NCBI GenBank assembly: GCA_963794325.1
Contig: CAWCDG010000003.1
Coordinates: 128,001 to 192,000 of the forward strand
Direction of reading: 5' to 3'
Origin: an uncultured delta proteobacterium
GTDB taxonomy: Bacteria; Desulfobacterota; Binatia; Binatales; Binataceae
Length of the DNA stretch: 64,000 nt
The position numbers and the translations under genes were made by a program. Positions within the stretch are counted from its first letter, which is position 1. Each line of letters opens with the position of its first letter. Positions 57,212-64,000 of this stretch are shown here, one piece after another. Under the pieces are notes generated by a model that saw only the letters and a program-made list of their open reading frames with translations, made no database searches and was not told the DNA's origin.

Positions 57212-58597
57212 CTAACGCGCGGGTTTTGGCGGAACGTAAGGGTCGGGAGTGCCCGGTGGAATAGGGGGCTCCTTCTTCAAGGACGCGAGATGTTCAGCTA
57301 GCGACTTGGTGATCGGGAAGCGGGCCCACAAGTCCTCAAGGACGCGCGGATCGGTTGGATGTTCTTCCTTGGGATCGATCAAGAGATCGAAGAACAGCGG
57401 AGTACTGTAATTGCTCACCGGCTCGCCGAAGCCTTTCGAAAACGTCTTCATCATCATTTTCCAGTCCCGCCACTTGACGCCGAAAAGATCGTTGCCGACA
57501 TAGATGATAACCGAATCCCTGTTCGAGCGTGGCTGCGTTCCGGTGAGAAAGTCGAGTTGGTCGACACCGTCGATGATGCGGTCGGCGGGCACCTTGCCCC
57601 CGGCGATTCGGGCGAGCGTGGGAAAGAGATCCATTTCATGAATAATTTCGTTGCTGACGCTTCCGGGCGGAAAGTGTCCCGGCCAGCGCATGAGCAACGG
57701 TACTCGCAGTGAGCCCTCCATGGCCGTGAAGTAGGTGCCGCGCCACGGCCCGCTGAAGCCGTAATATGGTTCGAACATTTCGGGGCCGTTGTCTGAGGTG
57801 AAGATGAAAATCGTGTTGTCACGCACGCCCATCTGGTCGAGGGCATCGAGTAGACGACCCGCGTAGTCGTCCATCTGTACAAGCACGTCGGCGAAGTCGC
57901 CGTTTCCGGTTTTACCCTGGAATGGAGCCTCCGGCAAAGTCGGAAAATGAAGTTGCGTGTAGGGAATGTAGGCGAAGAAGGGATTGTGGGCCGTGACACT
58001 GCGCTGCATGAAGTCGATGGCATGCTCCGTCAGCTCCCGGTCGATCGTTCTCCGCTCATTCAGATCGTAGACCTTTACGTTTTTTGGGGTTTCTCCTTTA
58101 CGTGCTTCCATCACGTACTCAAATTTCGCCAGAGGACTCGAGTCGGAGCGGAAGCGCGAACTCTGCGGCCAAAAGGACTCGTCTGATGAATTCGGTATGC
58201 CGTACCATTCGTCGAATCCCCGGTCGGTTGGAAAGCGCCCCGGTGTGTCGCCGAGATGCCATTTGCCGAATGCACCCGTGGCGTAGCCGGTCTGGGACAG
58301 CATTTCCGAAAGCGTGACTTCCCACCGGGTCAAACCGTAATTCTCGGCGAATAGCGGCACCGTGCCGTTGCCGGTGCGCACCGCATATCGCCCCGTCATC
58401 AGAGCCGCGCGGCTGGGTGTACACTGAGCCTCGACGTTGAAATTGAGCGCGCGAAATCCTTCGCCGGCCAGTCTATCGAGCCGGGGCGTCGGAGCGCCTC
58501 GCAGGATGCCGCCTCCATAAACGCCAAGTTCGCCCCAACCAAGATTATCCATCAGCACCAAAACAATGTTGGGTTTGGCGCCCTGTTCTGAATTCAT
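57212..58597 (-). CDS. Arylsulfatase (Cys-type)
   Basis: PNIVLVLMDNLG, CTPSRAALMTGR, GKWHLG and FTSDNG motifs. Confidence 0.93.
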   Translation of the reverse strand: MNSEQGAKPNIVLVLMDNLGWGELGVYGGGILRGAPTPRLDRLAGEGFRALNFNVEAQCTPSRAALMTGRYAVRTGNGTVPLFAENYGLTRWEVTLSEMLSQTGYATGAFGKWHLGDTPGRFPTDRGFDEWYGIPNSSDESFWPQSSRFRSDSSPLAKFEYVMEARKGETPKNVKVYDLNERRTIDRELTEHAIDFMQRSVTAHNPFFAYIPYTQLHFPTLPEAPFQGKTGNGDFADVLVQMDDYAGRLLDALDQMGVRDNTIFIFTSDNGPEMFEPYYGFSGPWRGTYFTAMEGSLRVPLLMRWPGHFPPGSVSNEIIHEMDLFPTLARIAGGKVPADRIIDGVDQLDFLTGTQPRSNRDSVIIYVGNDLFGVKWRDWKMMMKTFSKGFGEPVSNYSTPLFFDLLIDPKEEHPTDPRVLEDLWARFPITKSLAEHLASLKKEPPIPPGTPDPYVPPKPAR

Positions 58598-58615
58598 TTT
58601 CCTTGCCTCCAAGCG

Positions 58616-59497
58616 CTAGGGAATCTGCTCGCGGATGAACTTGCCGATGCCCTCGATCGCTTGCTGGGCCTCGGGCAGAACGCCGGCGTACGACTGAAAG
58701 CGATGAATCATTTCCGGCCAGACTTCAAGTTTGACCTGAACTCCGGCTGCGCGTGCGCGTTGCGCGAGGCGGGTCGAGTCGTCCAGCAGAACCTCGTGGT
58801 CGCCAACCTGGATCAGCAGCGGTGGGAATCCCTTAGGATCGGCGTAAAGCGGAGAGGCCAGCGGGGCGCGCGGATTCTTGCCGGCCAGGTAAGCGTTCCC
58901 CAGCAGTCCGACGCCGTCGGCCGTGAAAATCGGATCGACGTCCTTCCGTGTCTTCATCGACTCGCCCGTGAACTCCAAATCGATCATCGGCGAAAGGCAT
59001 ACGGCCGCCGCAGGCATCGCGAGTCCGGCGTCGCGGCCAGCAACCAGTATCGCGAGCGTCAACGCGGCGCCTGCAGAATCTCCCGCTATAGCAATGCGCG
59101 ATGGAGGCAGTCCCTGTGCGAGCAAGAACCGATAGCCCGCGACGGAGTCGTCCACCGCGGCCGGAAACGGATGCTCGGGTGCAAGGCGATAGTCCAATCC
59201 CAGCACGCGGGCCTGCGCGGCGCGCGAAATGCGGCCCATCAGATTGCGATGGGTATTCAGGGAGCCCATTACATAGCCGCCGCCATGTAAGTAGAGCACG
59301 GTACGATCGGCGGCAGCGCCCGGCGCGCTGATCCATTCTGCCTTGACCCCGTTAGCAAGAACGGGCTCGCTTTTGACGTCGGGTTCCGCTGGCCGCGCCA
59401 TCTGTTCGTTGAGCGCGCGCATCTCCGCAATGCTTCCGGCCTTACTGATCAGGGCTTTAATCGTGTCGATTACCTGCTGCAACTGTGGACTCGCCAT
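58616..59497 (-). CDS. HSL-family alpha/beta hydrolase (esterase)
   Basis: HGGGY, DYRLAPEHPFPAA, GDSAG and terminal His motifs. Confidence 0.93.
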   Translation of the reverse strand: MASPQLQQVIDTIKALISKAGSIAEMRALNEQMARPAEPDVKSEPVLANGVKAEWISAPGAAADRTVLYLHGGGYVMGSLNTHRNLMGRISRAAQARVLGLDYRLAPEHPFPAAVDDSVAGYRFLLAQGLPPSRIAIAGDSAGAALTLAILVAGRDAGLAMPAAAVCLSPMIDLEFTGESMKTRKDVDPIFTADGVGLLGNAYLAGKNPRAPLASPLYADPKGFPPLLIQVGDHEVLLDDSTRLAQRARAAGVQVKLEVWPEMIHRFQSYAGVLPEAQQAIEGIGKFIREQIP

Positions 59498-59570
59498 CGT
59501 CGGAAACACTCCTTAGTGGGTAAAGCACGCCGACCAGCGCGCGTTTTTTCGAAACTAGCCCGAGTTATCC

Positions 59571-60851
59571 TCAGGCGCAAATATTTTGGCTGGTGCTTGA
59601 AAGTTTGACAGCCGTGTCTCGCCCACGATCGATCGTCACGTTGAGGATCTCGCTTGAGCGCGCCATCGGCGGATCGCAGTGCGGCGCCAACTGATCGAAG
59701 AAACTGTCCGGCTCGATTACCGCCTCGGGCGCGAACACTCCGGGTGAGGCGAGGCGTCCTTCCAACAATTGCCGTAACCCGAGCGCCAGCGGCACGCCCG
59801 TCGACTTCGCCATTCCTCTCGGAACAGTGCTGACCGATACGCCGACGCGCGCCGCCTTCCCGTCCTTGGTTCCAGCGGCGAACGCGAAGAACGGAGGCAA
59901 ATCGCCATGACCTTTGAGGCCCAACGACTTTACTACCGCCTTGAGGGTTCGAAGCGCGCCTGGGGCAATCATGATCGCTGCTGCCTGCTCGTTCGTGAGG
60001 GTCTTTTGATCCAGCGCCGCGTTGAGATCCTTTAGAAGGGAAAGCGCTTGAGTCGTAAGGATCATCAAGCATGCGCTCCGCCCATGAATCCCTAATGTCT
60101 CGCGCATAGTCAGCGGCTCGGGATGACCGACGGTGTAGGCCGTGCCGCGCCCGCGGCCGGGATAATCAAGCTCCACCGCATCAAGCGGCGGTCGATTAAC
60201 GAGTCGTCCGCCCTCGACTACGCGAATTACCCCAGAAATCTGCTGCATCAAATGACTGACTGCCGCGCTCGGCTTTCCGTTTTGATCCACCAATGACTCT
60301 TTGTCTTCGCTAATCGAAACACCGCCGATCGGCACGTCCAAGGGCCACGCGGTATACAGGTCGGTGACTTCGTCGAGCTCGCGCGCAGCCACCTTGGCGA
60401 GCAGGTTCGACACGCCTGGGCTCGCTCCCATGCCAATCACCGCCACAACCCCGGCGTTGGTTGCGTTCTGATGCTCGCGCATCATATCCAGCGTCGGTTC
60501 CCAGTCATCGCAGATATCCAGATAGTGCGTGCGCGCTTCGATCGCTGCACGCAGGATTGGAACTCCGAACTTATGAAATGGCCCGGTTGTATTGAGCACT
60601 GCGCCCGCTTCGCTCAGCAGTCGCCGGAGCGCCATGCTATCGGTAACGTCGATTCGTTCGGCGCGTATCCTGACCCTGGCCGATGTGGCCGTCTCCGCGG
60701 CGATCCTTTCCGCAGCCGCGAGATCGCGATCGCCGACGATAACTTCGCGTATGCCATCAAGTGATGCCGCAGTCCGCGCCGCGACACGGCCCATGTTTCC
60801 GGCACCGCCGAGCACCACGATTCGTTCGATTGGTTTCATAGCAGATATCAC
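59571..60851 (-). CDS. Saccharopine dehydrogenase-like NAD(P)-binding oxidoreductase
   Basis: LGGAGNMG, NTTGPF, HYLDICDD, GMGASPGVSNL and GHPEP motifs. Confidence 0.88.
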   Translation of the reverse strand: MISAMKPIERIVVLGGAGNMGRVAARTAASLDGIREVIVGDRDLAAAERIAAETATSARVRIRAERIDVTDSMALRRLLSEAGAVLNTTGPFHKFGVPILRAAIEARTHYLDICDDWEPTLDMMREHQNATNAGVVAVIGMGASPGVSNLLAKVAARELDEVTDLYTAWPLDVPIGGVSISEDKESLVDQNGKPSAAVSHLMQQISGVIRVVEGGRLVNRPPLDAVELDYPGRGRGTAYTVGHPEPLTMRETLGIHGRSACLMILTTQALSLLKDLNAALDQKTLTNEQAAAIMIAPGALRTLKAVVKSLGLKGHGDLPPFFAFAAGTKDGKAARVGVSVSTVPRGMAKSTGVPLALGLRQLLEGRLASPGVFAPEAVIEPDSFFDQLAPHCDPPMARSSEILNVTIDRGRDTAVKLSSTSQNICA

Positions 60852-60860
60852 AACCCCAAA

Positions 60861-60933
60861 AGTTGAACAGTAGTCAGTTTATAACAAAGCGATCTCTTTG
60901 TGGCAAGCCCGATATTGAACATCCGTCAAGTTT
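60861..60933. promoter_or_regulatory. Two candidate TetR operator sites in the divergent promoter
   Basis: TTGAACAgtaGTCAGTTT (60863) and TTGAACAtccGTCAAGTTT (60915): near-identical imperfect palindromes. Confidence 0.55.
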
Positions 60934-60953
60934 GGATGTATCTTCTCAAACCT

Positions 60954-61601
60954 ATGGCGAAGACTCCGAGGAAAAGCCGTGAGCGGACGGTATCGCCGGC
61001 GGGGCGGCGAGCCATTCCCAAGCAGGAGCGGTCCCGAGAGCGGGTCGCCACGATTCTCGCGGCGACCGCCAGACTCCTCGCTCAATCCGGTTTCGATGCG
61101 TTGAATACGCGTCAGATTGCGGCCGCCGCCAAGCTGCCCCCAGGCCTCATCTATCACTACTTTCCGAATAAAGGAGCCATCGTGATGCTTCTGGCCGAGC
61201 AGACTGTTCAGCCGCTGCGCCAGGAACTCGCGCAAATGCTCAGTGGGGCAAAGGCGATATCTTGGAGAGAAGCGATCCGTCGGTTGATCGGCAAGCTCAC
61301 CGCAGCCTACCGGGCAGAGCCGGCGGCAACCGCAATCCTGCAGGCACTGCAGAGCGATCCGGAGCTCAGGCAGTTAAACATGGAGATGAACGATCGGTTC
61401 GCTCGAATGATCGCAAAATTCCTGCGCGCAGCAGGAGCCCGCGTCGATTCGAGAACTCTGCTCCGCGCGGCTCGTCTGGTCGTTCTGGTTTGCGACGCCG
61501 TAGCTCCTGACCTTGTCAGCGCCGGCCCCTTTGCCGCCGAGCAACTGCGGGACGAAGTGTCAGAGCTGTTGGTCGCCTACCTTGGAAAATACGTGCGCTG
61601 A
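60954..61601 (+). CDS. TetR family regulator
   Basis: PKQERSRERVATILAA..GFDALNTRQIA...IYHYFPNK HTH; start uncertain. Confidence 0.9.
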   Translation: MAKTPRKSRERTVSPAGRRAIPKQERSRERVATILAATARLLAQSGFDALNTRQIAAAAKLPPGLIYHYFPNKGAIVMLLAEQTVQPLRQELAQMLSGAKAISWREAIRRLIGKLTAAYRAEPAATAILQALQSDPELRQLNMEMNDRFARMIAKFLRAAGARVDSRTLLRAARLVVLVCDAVAPDLVSAGPFAAEQLRDEVSELLVAYLGKYVR

Positions 61602-62909
61602 GTCCAGACTGTTGCAGTGCTTGTGACCTGGCTGCGGGATGATCTGAGTTATCACCCGTGGCAGTTGAAGCGGAAGCTTGATTTGCCAGTGCGGATTTGG
61701 GCGATTCGAGTTTTGATCTTCGGCGTGATCGGCAAATCCGGGAATGCTTTGAGGAATGCCTGCAAGCCTGCGGCCGTCTTGGCGGCGTCTTGTCGGAAGG
61801 GTAGTTCCGCTCGATGGAGACTCCGACGCTACCATATAAAGGTTCTTCCCAGCACTCCCAGAAAGGTCCCTTGACGGTCGGGCGCCCAGGAACGGCGCAG
61901 CTTTCTGCGTCTGCCCAAGACTCGCGGGCGCGGGGCTTTGTGTCAGAATTCCGTGCGGAATCAGTATCAATTGATCCTGCGGGCCAGAAGCGTCTGCGGC
62001 ATTGAAGCACTGAAGCTCGATCGCCACCCAGTCTTGATTGAAGCCCAGAATAGGCATGTCGGGAAAAGGGTAACTTGGTTGTGGCGTTGAACATACGTTA
62101 GGAACTTTGTAGTAGTTCCAGCCTTGGGTCGCATCGGAAGTCTTGCTAAACGCGAAGTAGAGGTCTCCGTGGCTGTGGTCTGGAAAAGATTCTACAGACG
62201 CGAGCCACCTTTGTGCGTTGGGCTCAAACGCTATTTGCGTGTCAGAGAGAGTGTTGCTACCGGGCGAGTTCGCGGACCAAAAGCCAGTTAAGCCTGTTAA
62301 ACTTTTCGGATATCCCTGAGAAGCTCCCAACGGATTGCCGGACTTGTCGAAGATCCATATCGCGTCGTTCAACTGCTCTACTGCTTGCGACCCGGAGACA
62401 TCGCCCGCGACATCAGGTGGCTGATTAGCAGTGGTTGCGGGCGGAGAACTAGTACAAGTATCCCAAGTCCCTCCGGTAAATGGTGCTGGACTTGGGGGCG
62501 GGCCGACCACGCTCGCCTCGCTTAAAAGCGGTGCGAGGACGTTACTGTTGGAAGACGATCCGTCTGGAGTCGGTGTTGCGAGTGGTGAATTGTGAAATTG
62601 GGGCTGCGGACTCTCTAGTGGCGGTTCGGGCTGCTGATTCAAGCCCCACGACAAAGACATGCATGCCTCTGCCGCTGAATTGTCAAGAGGGCTGAATCGG
62701 ATGTGAGCTGCGTCCTTGTCTGCCAGCGCCTGACAACGACCCCGCGCAGCGTCCCAATCGTTCTGAGACCATCTGCCGGGCGCTTGGCTAGGAAGGCCGA
62801 TCGGAACATGAGGCAGGGGGGTCGGCTGCTGGGCGCTGGCGCTCATCGCGACCGCCGCTGCTCCAATCGCGAGAACAAACACTATTGAGGTGGGTTTTAC
62901 GAAGTTCAT
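61560..62909 (-). CDS. Secreted hypothetical protein, probably 3'-truncated near 61792
   Basis: AGGAGG RBS, signal peptide, Pro-rich linker and beta-rich domain (PPDVAG..IWIFDKSG..RW). The tail runs out of frame through the paralog remnant. Confidence 0.7.
   Translation of the reverse strand: MNFVKPTSIVFVLAIGAAAVAMSASAQQPTPLPHVPIGLPSQAPGRWSQNDWDAARGRCQALADKDAAHIRFSPLDNSAAEACMSLSWGLNQQPEPPLESPQPQFHNSPLATPTPDGSSSNSNVLAPLLSEASVVGPPPSPAPFTGGTWDTCTSSPPATTANQPPDVAGDVSGSQAVEQLNDAIWIFDKSGNPLGASQGYPKSLTGLTGFWSANSPGSNTLSDTQIAFEPNAQRWLASVESFPDHSHGDLYFAFSKTSDATQGWNYYKVPNVCSTPQPSYPFPDMPILGFNQDWVAIELQCFNAADASGPQDQLILIPHGILTQSPAPASLGQTQKAAPFLGARPSRDLSGSAGKNLYMVASESPSSGTTLPTRRRQDGRRLAGIPQSIPGFADHAEDQNSNRPNPHWQIKLPLQLPRVITQIIPQPGHKHCNSLDSAHVFSKVGDQQL
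61652..61791 (-). pseudogene. 3' remnant of a paralog of the 63117..63866 gene
   Basis: Encodes DAAKTAAGLQAFLKAFPDLPITPKIKTRIAQIRTGKSSFRFNCHG*, compared with DAGRTAEGLQAFIVAFPDLPITPKIRTRIVQIRSGKSSFRFNCYAG* in the intact gene. Confidence 0.85.
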
Positions 62910-63116
62910 GTTCCCTCCTTTTGCTTACGCACTGAAATGGCGATCAAGACGCATTTTGTTAGCTAGAAGTTAAGCTTTGTCTACCGAGAGTTAAGAACCG
63001 GATCGCGCTGAAAGTCAACCGAGAGTGTTACGAGCATATGAAAGCGTAGCGTCTGAGCACATGGTTTAGGGCATGGCGCGCCACTTCGACGCCGACGTAG
63101 CCGCGAGCCGACGCGC

Positions 63117-63866
63117 TCACCCTGCGTAGCAGTTGAACCTGAAGCTTGATTTGCCGCTGCGGATTTGGACGATGCGGGTTCTGATTTTTGGCGTGATGGG
63201 CAGGTCCGGGAATGCGACGATAAAGGCTTGGAGGCCTTCCGCGGTTCTTCCTGCGTCTTCGCAGGTGCAGATGCCTGAGAACAGTTCTGTCTCGAGGCTG
63301 TCGATTTCGCCTTGCGCTTCGGATGCATAGGCGTCGGGGTAGGTCGTGCGGAAGGTCAGCCAGCCGCGGTAGAGTTCGACCATCAGCTTTCCGTCGAAGC
63401 GGGTGCATCCGGATTCGTCGGTCTGTTGCTTGATGTAAGCGGGAAAGGGGCCGTTATCGTCGGGTTCGGTGCGCTGGTAGATATCGAAAAACGCGCGGTC
63501 CGCTTTGGTGCCCTGTCTGCGCGCGAGGCTTTTGAAGTAGTCGACGCTCGGACGCACGACTATCACCGCTTCCCGCACCACGATGAACCCCTGCATCTGG
63601 TGCTGGACTTCCTGATATTGCGATTCGCTGAGATCGGGCAGGACTGCCTGTATCTGCGGGCTCGCTTGCATGCCGGCCTCGAACACCGGCTCGATCGGCT
63701 GCTTTCCGCGCGAGGTTCGCAAGTCGTCCATCGCTGCCGCATATGATTCCACCGCAGGCTGGATGTCGCCGCCGGCAGCGCTCGCGTGAATCGCGAAACA
63801 TGAAACGGCAATCGCGACAAATAGCGCGCGGATGAGCGCGGCAGATGGAGTGATCGAAGTGAGCAA
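63117..63866 (-). CDS. Secreted hypothetical protein
   Basis: Signal peptide ending ASA|A, GC3-rich codons, and a paralogous fragment nearby with mostly synonymous differences. Confidence 0.8.
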   Translation of the reverse strand: MLTSITPSAALIRALFVAIAVSCFAIHASAAGGDIQPAVESYAAAMDDLRTSRGKQPIEPVFEAGMQASPQIQAVLPDLSESQYQEVQHQMQGFIVVREAVIVVRPSVDYFKSLARRQGTKADRAFFDIYQRTEPDDNGPFPAYIKQQTDESGCTRFDGKLMVELYRGWLTFRTTYPDAYASEAQGEIDSLETELFSGICTCEDAGRTAEGLQAFIVAFPDLPITPKIRTRIVQIRSGKSSFRFNCYAG

Positions 63867-63922
63867 GCAACTTCGATCGCTAGCATCGAGATCGTACTGC
63901 GCGCAACATGCCGGCGCCTGGT

Positions 63923-64000
63923 TATTCCCTGGACGGCTGGAAGACGACCTCGACGTGATCGAGATAGCTGAGCAACTGGCGTGCGAGCGTAGTCACGGCG
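63923..64000 (-). CDS. 3' end of a gene extending beyond the window
   Basis: Minus strand reads AVTTLARQLLSYLDHVEVVFQPSRE* with host-like codons. Confidence 0.45.

Overview
GC-rich bacterial chromosomal window, densely coding (about 60 CDS). No rRNA, tRNA, CRISPR array or intact transposase was seen. The gene content (F420 biosynthesis, LLM-F420 enzymes, class III CoA-transferases, imuABC, split nuo genes) resembles Candidatus Binatota or related soil deltaproteobacterial lineages; this is inference only. Recognisable blocks are dnaJ/cbpA-like plus cbpM-like, a CoA-transferase pair, pepP, an orphan Flp pilin, uppP, glyA, imuA-imuB-dnaE2, cofG-cofH-cofD-cofE with a prenyl synthase, 2-oxoacid dehydrogenase E1a/E1b/E2, an Mla/Mce ABC operon and nuoB-nuoF-nuoG. 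The best candidate for an undescribed system is a four-gene unit at 19.3-23.1 kb: a lone PaaA/BoxB-like diiron enzyme, a TetR regulator, a salicylate-type aryl-AMP ligase and a CADD-like heme-oxygenase-like diiron oxidase, with its own palindromic operator and flanked by F420-dependent LLMs and a BadH-like SDR. The second candidate is a pair of stand-alone TIR genes with no effector at 51.9-52.7 kb. Also notable are a symmetric 8-Cys small lipoprotein, an unannotated 42-aa membrane peptide, a CTAG-flanked MITE, REP-like repeats and a multi-hairpin intergenic element. About seven single-base frameshifts in otherwise intact genes suggest sequencing indels rather than real pseudogenes. All function calls come from motif recognition by eye; no database searches were run.
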